Source: Lepidodermella squamata (lineage: Eukaryota > Animalia > Gastrotricha). Taken from it: 64,000 nucleotides of DNA. Every line of letters begins with the position of its first letter. Position 1 is the first letter of the stretch. The position numbers were made by a program, and so were the translations under genes. Below are positions 21,278-33,900 of the stretch, piece after piece. Under the pieces are notes generated by a model. That model made no database searches. It was not told the origin of the DNA and was given only the letters and a program-made list of their open reading frames with translations. The stretch spans positions 1,798,001-1,862,000 of the forward strand of contig JBLDXI010000025.1 of NCBI GenBank assembly GCA_047495785.1, given 5' to 3'.

Positions 21278-22343
21278 TATAGAACAAAGACGATGAACAT
21301 GTGTCTGCACAAAACGATCTAGATTGTATGCAGTTTTTGCGTGGAGCGATTCAGCCAGCAATTTCCTGGTAAATTGAGGGCGATGTTGTCGTCGGATAAG
21401 ATGTAAAGATGTGACATTTATTTATTTTCGTGAAATATCGACGTTTTCATTTACTTGTTCATTATGCTTGGGTCCGCTTCAGTATCGGACAGACTTGCAG
21501 TGATATAACTGGATACCTAGGTACGTAGGTTCAGGGTCGATTATAATCAATTCGCATTGACGTTTAAAAAACCTGTCACGAACATTTCGTTAATTGGTGC
21601 TAACCTTTCTTCCTACTCCGCCATATGTCATAACCACTTAGGCTAACATCAGTCCATTTATTGCTTTTGGCATAATGTCACCCTTCCTATTCATACCTTC
21701 ACTGGAATGAAGGTATGATAGTGAGGGCCTATCAATAGCTGTGGAATGCCCAATTTCCTTGCATACAGCTAATTTGGAAATCCCCAGGTAATAAGGTTAT
21801 AATGTCGGCTCACGTATGCTTATCTTAATAAATGAGAGAAAAGCGATATTTTGTTAATTGGTGCCAACATTTCGGCTTTGTCTCGGCCGTGTCATCTCCA
21901 CTTAAGCTGACATGCATTCCTGTACAACTCTATTCCTATATGAAGTTCTGACGTTGTTATCCTCAGTGATAAAATGAGATCAATGAGACTATGATATTGC
22001 CTTGATGTTATTGAGTGACAAGGCCAGAAAGCAGCTGTTTGGTGCTTACCTGTCATATGTTCACCTTTATTCGTGAGGATATGACCAACTTATAGTCTTA
22101 TGATAGAGAAGTGGGCAAAATTAGCTCACCAATTGACAATTGTCGCTTCTACTTGATCTTTTTGTACATCGGACTACCTTGGGAGTATAATTGAAACTCG
22201 AATAAATTTGTCGATAATCGAGACAAATATTTGTATGGACAAGATGATATATTTCGCTGAAATCACAATTTTGCCCGTGATATTAGCCTTGCCCTCATAT
22301 TTTATTCCATAATTTAAGTCTTTACATCGTCCATGTTAAAAGT

Positions 22344-23478
22344 TCAAAATCCGAAATCGATGACATCGCTTGAGTTAAATGGCTTGATCGCGACAACAAA
22401 GGCCGGCTTGCGATTTTCGATTTGAAACGGCATACTAGCGACGAAATCGAACGTGATTTGAATCGGGAATGTGAAGCCGTACTGGTTTGTGATCTCGGAA
22501 TTTCCAACTCGGGCGCTAAGTGACGGGAAGGACCCTGGCGAATTGATAGAAAATGGGATCCATTGCCAAGGTTTAGGCGCCAACCAAGACGGCAAGTGAT
22601 AGCCGATGTACTGACCCTTTTCAACTTTAATTTGACTGAAAATGAGTGAATTGCGAATTGTTTAGTTTGTATAACAAATTGTTTACTCTTGGGTGAAGTC
22701 GTACTCTTGCCAGCCGGCTAGGCCTTTTGACTTCATGCCGAACTGCTTAACGTAAGTGAGGCTCATCTTGCCAAGGTCCATGAAAATTTCACCCGTTTTC
22801 GAGTTGATTGAAAGCGTTTCCATGCCTTTGATGTCCCAGACATCGACGTAAACGAATTTATTAACACTTGGTGAAATGTCGATGGCATAAATTTTCGAAA
22901 TTGTTCCACTGCACGGTACCTTAAGACAGGTTCAAAATTTAAATTTGAAATTTGAAAAAAATTTAAATAAAAAAATAAATTAAATTTTGAAATTAAATTA
23001 ATTTAAATTTAAATTTAAAAATTCTGAGACATCGTAAATTTTCTATTTTTAAGATGGAATAGGTCACGCATGAGTGAACCGATTTCAATCTTCAAGTTAT
23101 TTACTTTATGGCTTAGGAAAATATGTAAAAAGGAAGATCCATAAGGAAATTCCGATGGATCTAGGTCAAGATCGGTGCATCGCCCAACTGTGCATGTATC
23201 GCAGGCGAATTTTCTCGGTTCCAGATTACGCGGGGCTTCAGTCGTTGTAGTTGTCGTAGTCGTAGTTGTCGAAGTCGTAGTAGTATTTGCGGGCTTCGTT
23301 CTGGGCGGTCGTCGAGGTGGCGTCGCAAAGGTGAACACATCATCTTCACATATCACTGCTTCGAGAAAGATCAACTGAACCTTTGAAAACCAGCTCTATT
23401 AGCTATTGATAAATTAATAATAGGTCCAAAATGACATACTGCAGCAGTTGCTAATAAAACTGTAATTTTTCGAGCCAT
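22344..23478 (-). CDS. Secreted protein: signal, Thr-rich stalk, unnamed beta-rich domain; exons 23478-23440, about 23380-23105, 22919-22687, 22635-22344
   Basis: Spliced ORF collinear with the neighbouring gene: CDTCTVGRC, VPCSG, VYVDVW, AGWQEY, GQYIGYHLP, RKPAF. Intron positions are shared. Confidence 0.85.
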
Positions 23479-23897
23479 TTAAATTTAATTTCTATAATTT
23501 ATTGATAACATAGAACTGATGAGGCGTCAAGAATGTGAGTAGCGTCGTTTGTTCATTGCAGTTATTATATCGTATGAATTGAAAAAACTCAATAAGGTAA
23601 ACTTATTTCAGGCGTTTTTTTCACGCACCAGGTACTAACAGAACGGCTGTGTTTTGCTAATGTGCCGCGCGTGTTGGAAAAAAATTGGTAGTAATATCGC
23701 TCGCTAAAGGTTAATGCGACAAGGCGTGAAGACAAATTGTACGTCAGGTGTAACGTATTTTCCCCGACACATCTTGAAGAAAAAACCAAACAACGTTTTG
23801 CCACGCTCGAGTGACGACATCAGGAATATTCAAAAAAATAATTTATTGCGTAAATTCAGCGTAAATTCAATGATAATATTAGCTCGATTTTTTTCGG

Positions 23898-25484
23898 TTA
23901 AAATGGAGCATCAACACTATCGCCACCCGTTCCTTCGATTTGTACCATAAGCGCAGGCCGGCGCATGTCGATTTGGAACAAGTCGGGCGTTTGCATGACG
24001 CTTGAAACATCAGCGGGTAGGCCTGATGTCCTCAAGAGAGCCAATAAAGTTCCATGATCGGCTTTTACCGCTATGGTTGGCATTACGGGTACCAGGGTGC
24101 TGTAGGGTACGACACAGTCGGATTGCATGGTCTGGTATGTTGGCAGATGAATGCCGATATACTGACCGGGATTGACATTAACAACACGCCTTGAAAAAAA
24201 ATGAAAATTTTTAACATTTCATAATTTATCAATTTGAATTTTGAAATTGAAATTTAATTTAAAGTTTAAGTTTAATTTATTCTAATGGATTTCAATTTTT
24301 CAAATTGCTTACGGAATTTTGTATTCCTGCCAACCAGCGGCGCCATTTGTCTGAACCTGAACCAGGTCAACCAGGGTCGGTTTGACATCGGACATGTTCA
24401 CCGAAATGGCACCGGTTTTACGGTCGACGCTCATCGAATTGAGGCCGTCGATGCTCCAAACGCCGACGTAGAACATTTTATTAGCCTTGGGCGTTTTATC
24501 GATAAACTTCACGCTCTTCATCACACCTTGGCATTGAATCTATTTTGAGAATCAAATTTTTAAATTATTATGAAAAAATTTGGTAATGCGAACCTGAAGA
24601 CCAAGGTAGATTTGGAGATAAGACGAAACAAGGGTGTAATTATCAGCCCCGAATCTCGAATCAGCACATCGGCCAACGAGGCAGGTATCGCAGACCTGCG
24701 TTGCATCGGGTGCAGCCGCCGGGCTTTGAATGCCAGCGATGGGTTGGCAAAACGACGTGCACTCGGCGTTGGTCGAAAATCGGTTGTTATTGCCACCTGC
24801 GCCGGTCCACGTGAAAAGTTGGCAGGCATTGATTCTCTTGTTGTACCAATACCGGGTCATCATTCCTGGGCCATTTCCAGCGTCGGAATCAAGGTAGCAT
24901 GAAGGCGGAAGGTTGCCAATGGTTGTTGTGGTTGCTAAAATAATACAACAAATATTTAAAAAAATTTAATTTTAAATTATTCAATTTTTTCAATTTCAGG
25001 ATTTTTAAATTTTTTCTTACGTGTTGCCTGGGTTGTTGCACCGCTTCGAACGCAGTTGTTGACGCAGTCATTCATCGAGGTGAATCTGTTGTCATTTCCC
25101 TGGCATCCACCCCAGCCGAATTGTTCGCAATTGGCCGAGTAGATGTTGTAGTAAAAGCGCGGAATCAACGCGCGACACGGTCCGGTGTCTTTTGGCAGGA
25201 AGCAATAATCAGGCGCTTTGAAGTCGAGATTTCGAGCCGCCACAACCGGTGCCGCTGTCGTTGTTGTTGTTTTCGAGGTAGACCGAGTTCGCCGGCTAGT
25301 TGTAGTCGGATCGGGTGTAGTGTCGTCCAGTGAAGCTGGCAAATCGCTGATATCGAGTAAAGATTGACCATGCACGGCATAAAAAGCCACCTTAAAACCG
25401 GAAATAAAATTTAAATTTAAAATCCGGTAAAATTAGCGAAATTACCGCAGCAACGAAAATTGACGCCAAAACTGTAGATCCCAT
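23898..25484 (-). CDS. Secreted protein with two Kunitz domains plus the same unnamed domain; exons 25484-25446, 25390-25021, 24934-24594, 24539-24313, 24189-23898
   Basis: Kunitz 1 CFLPKDTGPCRALIPRFYY..CEQFGWGGCQGNDNRF..CVNNC. Kunitz 2 CYLDSDAGNGPGMMTRYWY..CQLFTWTGAGGNNNRF..CTSFC. Then CDTCLVGRC..IQCQG..AGWQEY..GQYIGIHLP. Confidence 0.9.
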
Positions 25485-26661
25485 TTCAAATTCTATTTTA
25501 AAATCTGAAAAAAAATTAAAAAATTGTAGCGCCCATAAATGAAACAGGAAATGAAGCCGAAATTTGGTTTCACGAATTTATACTAATTTGGAAATAATTA
25601 TAAATAATGCCTAGCCTTTTAAGATTAATTCAAGGTTAAGGAAAAATCACTAATTAGTAATTAGTTTGATTGAGTGGGTTAATAAAGTCTGTAAATTAGC
25701 TATAACTTTTGGTAAATAAATAACAAGGATGTTTGTTTAAATACCAGTTGAACCTTCGTGCCAGCCGTGGTTATACGTAGGTTATAGAAATACCCATACA
25801 TAAAACAGCACCGATGAATAATTGGCTGTTATATATTATTACTTAACGTACATGTGTTCTGCAACTCAAGACAAGAGTTTTACCTGACGAACAGCATGAC
25901 ATTTCATTTTTTCGCTCTTCAAATGCAACGAAAACTACACGCCAAGCTGTGTTTTATATACAATAGCGCGTGATGTATATAACTGTGATGCTGTAACACT
26001 TTGATTCAGGTCGTGGCGTCAATATGTATGTGTTTGTGTGGCTGCGTTGGCGTTAAGCATGGCGATGATGATGATGGTGATAACAATCAAGTGGGGATAT
26101 TTTATTGAAAGAGATATAGAAATGAGTTACCGCCCAGCAATCATGAACACCAAATTTAGACGCCTTGTTAGACACCTTGTGATGAAATCGTCACACCCCT
26201 CGCTAATAATAAAGATGAAAAATCCGGAATAAAAATTGGTAAAAACGATTTTCAGGAATCCTGTTCCTGGAAAATCAGTCAAATAGATAGGTGGATAGAG
26301 GAACGTAGCTCCTAGCCCAACAGTCGTTGAATTTAAATATTCCTTACGCTTCAGACCCCACTTTCACATGACGTTTTTGTTGGTAGCTCAAAGTTAGGAT
26401 TAGTAATGTTAGAAGGCTACTTCACTTTGACCTAGTTTTTAAGGATCTAAGAAAGAGTGGCATATTGGGTTAACTAACGCACATCGTGTGATCATTTGAG
26501 CGTTTCAGAAAAAAATCAAATTTCGTGGCACGAAAAATTTGAGTTCAAGTTTTAAAAGGTAATGTCCGACATTGTTACTTGCTTCCTATCCGCCGAAAAA
26601 ATGAGGAGTCGGAATTATCTGTCAGATCAATCCTGAAACATTGCTACCTTCAATCATTTGA

Positions 26662-27161
26662 AGCTTTACATTCATTCTACTTCGGTTTTACAGGATCGGA
26701 GCGCGCGTGCCCAGCATAACACATAAAAAATAGCTAGCTTTTGAGGTGGTGGCTTCTTCTCGTTGCTTCGTCATTTCGTCATTCCTATAAAACCTAATAA
26801 ACTTGAAAAAAATGAGGAAAAAGTTGAAGATCTGAGGGTTGAGACCCATGAGTAGATACCGCAATGCAATAGGGATCTTTCTGTAGGAGATGATTTGAAC
26901 TAGGTTATGTTTAGTATCACTAAAATGTTCAAAGTTGCCGAACCGGCATAACTCCTGTCACTGAGCACTATTGCGTAGTGGTATCACCTCATGGGTCTCA
27001 ACCCTGAGATCGATCTTGGCTTCAACTCCAACTTTTTCCTAATTTTTTTTTAAGTTCATTACGTTTTTTGGGAATGACGAACCAAAAAAGCTAGCTATTC
27101 TTATGTTATGCTAGGCACGCGCGCTCCGATCCGGCAAAACCGATGTAGAATGATATAAAGT
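26662..27161. mobile_element. MITE/foldback-like element with long imperfect inverted arms
   Basis: Left arm about 26662-26851 and right arm about 26987-27161, e.g. GGATCGGAGCGCGCGTGCC / GGCACGCGCGCTCCGATCC and AGGGTTGAGACCCATGAG / CTCATGGGTCTCAACCCT. Confidence 0.75.
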
Positions 27162-27958
27162 TATACGCGTGAATGAAAAAAAACCGGAAAAACCCCGATT
27201 GAAACTGGTTCGGTATTCATGGGTGCCGTAAATAACGAAGCTCAGCTTTGCATCGATTTTGGCCTGACGAGCAATCAATTTTCAGGAAATTCTTTCGAAT
27301 AACAGACATTGCCTATTAATTCGGTATTTTTCTCGGTTGGACCGCTTTTCCCGGAATTTTAATTTTATCCCATAGTTAATTGCCATTCTCAAATGATCGG
27401 AAGCTTCCCATGGCAATGAGATAAGGTTTCAGACTTTCTGATACCCTTTAAAGGATTTATTGTATTTCCCTTGATTTCGCATCTAACAAGACAGACGGCT
27501 CGGCAGTCAGGGATGTTTCTGGTATCTAAATTTTTTTCCCATCTCAAAAAGGCACCGTTGTGATTTTCAAATAAAATGTTTATTGAGATATACTTCAATT
27601 TCTCCCTTTTTTAATACGCCGTATAATAAGATGATAGATAACACCAAACTGCAATCAGCGCGGAATGTTGAAAAAGAAACAACCGTGAGATAAATCTCGC
27701 ACTTTTCCATGCAATCCAGGTACATATAAGTATATCAGAAGCAGATTCTCTTTGAGCCGGTCTTGGTGCCTATACGAGTGAAACTTTGAAAGTGCATACT
27801 TCATGTGCTTAATTTTTGGCATTGATAGATTGAAGAGAAAAAATGAAAATTATACAAAAAAGCCAGATCTGAAATATTTCTCAAAAATTCAAACAAATAA
27901 TAAGTACAAGACAGCAATTCGAAAATTGATCACAATAATGGGGAAAAAATGTTTTTTT

Positions 27959-30900
27959 TTATTCCGATGATTTGACAAAAAATGGCTCCAGTGCGGTGAT
28001 CAAATCGTCCATGAGACCGCTCATAAGGGATGAAACAACTTCCTCGCGAACCGCCGCTTCGTCCTGCGAGAAATCGGTCCAAGCATCGCTAGGCTCGGCG
28101 TACAATTCAGCGAGTAGGACTTCATCGACGGCGTCTCGCCGCCGGCCGACTGTGTTGAAGTGAACGCGGTGCGGGATGCCGGATGAACTCGTGCCAGGCG
28201 CTGTGAGGCCGACAAAGGGTGCGATTTGTGCGAAAACGGCGTTGTAGGCTTGTTCAACGGTGGTTGGGACGATCTTGCCGGGTGCGAAAATATCGCCGAA
28301 TAAATATTTGGCTGTGTCGAAAATGAGACGGCTGAATTGAGATCTGGAAATTTGAAGAAATCGTTAGAAATATGGAATCGGCTTTCAAAAACAACAATCG
28401 TAAAATATTGAAATATTACAAAAATGGCAAAATATGAAAATTCCGCTTTCGAGCCTAAAATTCGAAAATATCATACCTAATCATTTTCTTAATTAAAAAA
28501 TTTCACGAATATTTTTTGTTAAACTAATCGTCAGATAGACAGTGGACGAAAATTATTCAGATGGAGTCTTCAACTTTATCGGATGTTATTCCAATGGTCG
28601 CCTCTATCAATTGCCTCTATCCTTGAAATCAATGAATGTTCAAACGATGAAGAACGCTCTTTTCGAAGATCTCGACGCTTTCGAGACAAGCCACAAAGTC
28701 GCTCGATTCGTTGGCATTGAAAAGAACATATTACCTTCAAATTAAACCGGAAGGGCTTCAAACTCGCCCAAGGCCCAAGACACTCCTGCGCTATCTAGGC
28801 CGAATTCTGAAGTTCTGAAAGTCGTTAATCACGCGACAAGGGCTGACCAACGTAATGCTGGCTACGTGATTACTGGGACGAGGTGCTGATGAATCAACTG
28901 CCGGAGGTGCCCAAATCAATTAGTTTAGCCGCCGCGAAATTGTGCGCCGCCTGTTTGCCAAACGACTGACGATGCTGGCAGCCGAGCAGCAGAAAGCTAC
29001 GTCGAGCTCTTTACGGCCGAGTCTTAATAACGATTTTTGACTTGGAGACCCACTAAAAAGGCAAAAGGGAGATAGTGTCCTTCAGCCGGATAGAGATCAT
29101 GGGTTAATTGTTACCACCATCTCCAATGACCCATGTCCTAATTAACTACGTGGATATTCCTCTTCGAGTTGAGCTCGACAAAGCGTTTGAACTGTCTCGT
29201 GAAGGACTGAAAAGTACGCATGAACTGTGGTAACTGGGTTTCCCGTTACAAAGTGGGTAACGGGCACTGCAGGTCGGATAGGTCGAGGACCCCGGGCGAA
29301 ACAGCTTGGCGCTCAAGAGATAATGGCGGGCAGCCCGAAAATCCACAGTGGAGACTCTTTGGTCCGATGATTCAGGATGGAAACTCCGGATCCTACTTCT
29401 GGTTCCCTGAAGTCATAACTAGCTGCAGCACCGGGTAAAAACCAAAAAGCAGACTAGCGAATAACTATAACAAAATCGATTCCGCAAACATATGGGCCAA
29501 TCTATTCTTTCTGACGAAATATAGCCGAATCAATTTAAGTGGACTTGAATATTATTCTGAAATCGGTCAAAACGTGCCAAAAATAATGCAGGATGCTGAG
29601 TGCAGCATAAACCGAAATTTCCACTAGAGTAATGTTATTTCCATTTACAAATTCCAAATTCATTTCTAAATATCAGATTTTAATTTCAATTTACGTTTTA
29701 ATTTTTAATTAATTTAATCAATTAATCACTGAATAAACTTACTCAGCAGCGGTGATCTCCAGTGATTGATTCGCATTCGCCTTTTCAATGAAAATTTCAT
29801 CCGCAATTTCCGCCTCGTCCACATCTCGGCCATCGGCGCGCCATTGCCACAGAAAATCAACACACTGATGCACTACCCGCGGCACCATTTGCCGATGGCT
29901 GGCCAAAAACGGCACAACCGGCTCGAGGCTAGCCTTGCTACTAGTACCAGCCCCAGCCATCGACCGCAAGCGGCTCGCAACTTCAGCCACCTTATCAAAA
30001 GCCTTATTATCGTCATCATCATCATCGTCAACCGGCTCCAACTCGGGGAAATCGATTTCAGAATCGGGCGGTAACGGTATTCTAACAGGGGATGGTTCGT
30101 TTGATTTCGGCGATTTTTTCGGCGAAATTTTGTAGGTATTAACCGCGGAATCCAACGCTTCTTTCACTAAATCGGGGAAAAATTCATCGGACAAATTTTC
30201 TGCCAATTTTTCCTTATTTTTCGACAGCAATTTCGGCGTTGCGTCCGGGCTCTCGATTTTGTCATGCGTCGGCGTTACGCTACTTGTCGACGATACCGTG
30301 TAGGTCGCGTCGAGTTGCGGCGGCGGGAAATTCGGTGTTTTAACCGGTAATTCTGGTTGTTTTTTGTCATCAGGAAACGCAAGAGTAGCGCCCAGGTCGA
30401 GAAAAGCACCGCCCTCAGAGCCAGGCTCGGAAATTTCACTTTCATCCTGTTCCTCCTCGGCCTCAGCAACACTTTCACTCAACTCTTCGGCTAATTCAAA
30501 GTCCTTAGCCGATGAAACTGTATGACGACGAGATGAAGACTGGTCGTTAGAAAACGATTCCGAGTATTCTAGATCGGGCTCTTCAATAATTTCGGGTTTA
30601 TTTTCCGGTTCCGGTTCAGTGATTTCCGATTTTCTGCCTTCGATTTGGTCATGGATCGATTCGTCAACCGATTTTCGACTTCTATTCGACCTTTGACTCT
30701 CAGACCGAATCGACTGCTCTTCTTCGATTTCGATCGATTTTCGGCTCTCATCGACCGATTTTCGGCTTCGATTCGATTTTTGGCTTTCGGATCGAACTGA
30801 TGGCTCTTCCTCGATTTCAATCGATTTCCGGCTCTGAATCGATTCATCGACTGATTTACGGCTCCGATTCGATTTTTGACTTTCCGATCGAACTGACGGC

Positions 30901-33900
30901 TCGTCCTCGATTTCGATAGATTTCCGACTTTCAGGTAGACTTTTGCCGGATTTTCGACTCTCCGATCGAATCGACGGCTCATCTTCGGTTTCAACCGATT
31001 TTCGGCTTTTTGATTGATTTTCGCTAGATTCGGAAGATTCTTCCTCCTCTTCCTGTTCCTCGTCTTGGATCGACTCGGAAATCGATTTTTGAATCGATTC
31101 CGAAATTTCAGTCTCCGTCTCGATTTTTTCGTCCCGATTGGACCTTTCCGACAGCCGTGAAGTTGGCCTAACAGGCGGTTCCTCTTCCTCCTTAACAGGC
31201 GACTGAATTTTCTCATGAACCGGCTCAACAACCGGAATTTTGACCTCAGACACGAAAAAATCGTCATCTTCATCCGGATCGTAGACAAATTTCTTCGCGT
31301 CACGATCTTCAGATTTCGCCGACGGCAAATCGTCAGTTTGAATCGATTCATCAGCCTCAGTCGCGGCCTCTGAGAGCCGCGGGGCTGGTTGTTCTTCAAT
31401 AGAAACTGATTTTTTCGACGATTTTTTCGAAATTTCAGATTCAACATCTTCCGAAATTTCCGAGGCAGTTTTCAGCGCTGAGATCGGCTGTTCGATTTCC
31501 ACTGATTTTTGAGATTCGACCGAAGGCGATGATTTTCTACCACTCGCAGGTCGAACTTGGCTTTCGAAAGACTCACGCGAGCTAGATTTCTCAAAACTAG
31601 GCTGTTTCGGCGGCATTTTTTCGGATTTTTTCTCCGTAAAATCGCTTTTATACGACGCAACCTCCTCCTCCGGAATTTCTTCGGAAACCTCAGTTCTTTG
31701 ACTCATTTTCGACTCGGTTCTTAGCGAAATTTCCGACGCAACTTGAAGCGCCTCAATTTCGTGCTCCAACTGCTTGATTTCCGCGTCCTTTTGCGTCAAT
31801 TTCGCGGCGAGATGCGCTTCTTTCGCCTTGACTTTCTCAGCCTCGCGGCGCCGTTTGATTTCATCTCGCGACATTTTCAACTCGCGCACCATTTGCCGCT
31901 TCTGTTCGAGTTCCTCCTGCATTTTCGCCAGTTTTCGAGCGGCTTCCACGTCTTTACTCGCGGTTTGGCTCGGCACCGAAGCCGTGACTGAGGAAGTTTT
32001 CTCCGATGGCACCGATCGGGCTGAACTGACGGCAGATTTCGACCGCTCGGGTTCGAAATCGTCGTCTTCGTAGTCTTCAACAGGCTGTTCGGTTGCGACT
32101 TCTTCATCGACCTAAAACAGAAAAACAAATATTTGTAAATCCAAAATATCGTCAATTCAAAAAAATTCAGATTTAATTAACCAATCAAATTTAATTTGAA
32201 TTGAAGTGTTCAATGTTTAACCAGATTTAGCAAAATGAATTTTTGCTTAAAAAATGGCAACAAATTAAAATTCTATCGACTGTTTGCGTTCACGTCCGAC
32301 CTGGGTTTCGCCCAACGACAAGAAAATACGCACATTAACCATGGAAATATTTGCGTTTTAGCTACGTAATAGCCCTTAGTTCAAATATTTTCGATTTTGG
32401 TTCATCGTATCCGAAGCTACCCAACACAATTTCGATTCCTCAAGCCCAAAGTCCAAGCCTGTGACTTTCTTTTACAATTTGACGCGGTCGACCTTAGAAG
32501 ATTTCGCCAAGCTTCACGAGGCTGGAGGTCTGGAAGCAACAGACTTCAGGATCAGTAAGCTCAAGACGTCTACAACTGATCGTGACCAGGATGGCCATAT
32601 GATAAAAATGACGAAAAGGTATGTTTCATAATTGGATCTTACTTCAGGCTATTGTTCAGGCTAATCCTGGCCCGACACTTCCGTTTGATCAGATAACGCC
32701 CATCACTTTTTCAGACGGTTCGATTATCCATTTCGCGCATTTCAATGTCAACGGAATAATATCGAAATATACTCGGCTCTCTAAATATGCTAAGGTTATG
32801 CGACCGGACGTTATCATGATTTCAGAGACGAAGATCCCTGATCCCTGAAGATCCCTGTGTTCCAGCAAAAGTTGAAACCTCGTTCCGAGGCTATCGGTGT
32901 GTTTGGAAGGGTCGTAAGCACGCGAAAAAATCGAATGATCTATCTAGGAGGTGGAGTGGCGATTTTGGTTCACATGGATCTGGAAATTGTCGACAGCAAA
33001 TCAATTGAATCAATTATTAGTGTTCGGACGCAGTACAACTGTCCGATGTACTACCGATGTTACCTTATTAGGTTCAATCAAATTAAATGGTCGCTGTTGT
33101 TGAAAGCTCGGGTGGACATTCTAATCACCCCAAGGCCTCCGAAATGTGCGAAGCTTCAAGCACAGTAACTCACTGAAGGCCAATATTGATAAGTATCTGG
33201 GAGCGAGTGAGTCTCTGCTATTGAGGAATAACAATTCTTCAATTGATTTTTTTGTCAGATTTGTTTGCTGCCCAAATCACCACTCTTGAGAATCTCTTGA
33301 GAATTCTTGAGAGTAGAAATACTGCGCTTAAAGAAGAAGATTATCCTGGGTGTTAACGACATTATCTCAGTTGACTTAATGGTGAATGACGATGGAGGAG
33401 AGGAGTTCATCCACTATCAGCCGGCATCCAAGTCGACATCGTTTCAGCTGGCACAGAATGAGCAAATGGCAATAGGAATTGGTGAAAAAAGATCTGATTC
33501 ACGACGTCCTATTCATCGACTCCACTTATAAAGATTAATTTATGTTAATCTTTTGTAGACAAAGATCGAAAGTCGATTGAAGCGATAAAACGGGTCTATT
33601 TTTCCAAACAGCGCCCGGAGACCATAATGCTCTGCTGGTAGTTTGACTCGTTTTTTTGACTCAACCTTCGGGTGGGTTAATTCGGCGTGAAATTCATGCC
33701 GATAATTACCGTATTTCTTCGAATAGTATCCTACCTCTAATAATAACAGCCCCAAAAATTAACTTAAATATAGGGTCCAAAGGTTAATAATAGCCCGCCG
33801 CGAATAATAGCCACGCGGCGGAAAAACAGGTTGAAGCCTGGAAAATAAAGTGTCCTTATCGGCAATAGCTATTTCTCTGGAATGCATGAGGAAGACGACG

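Noticed and set aside
23515-23555. Hammerhead ribozyme core (CTGATGAG); also CTGACGAG at 50821
   Set aside because: No stem II followed by GAAA.
30655-31010. CRISPR-like or satellite array
   Set aside because: In-frame coding repeat in a eukaryotic exon, with no unique spacers.
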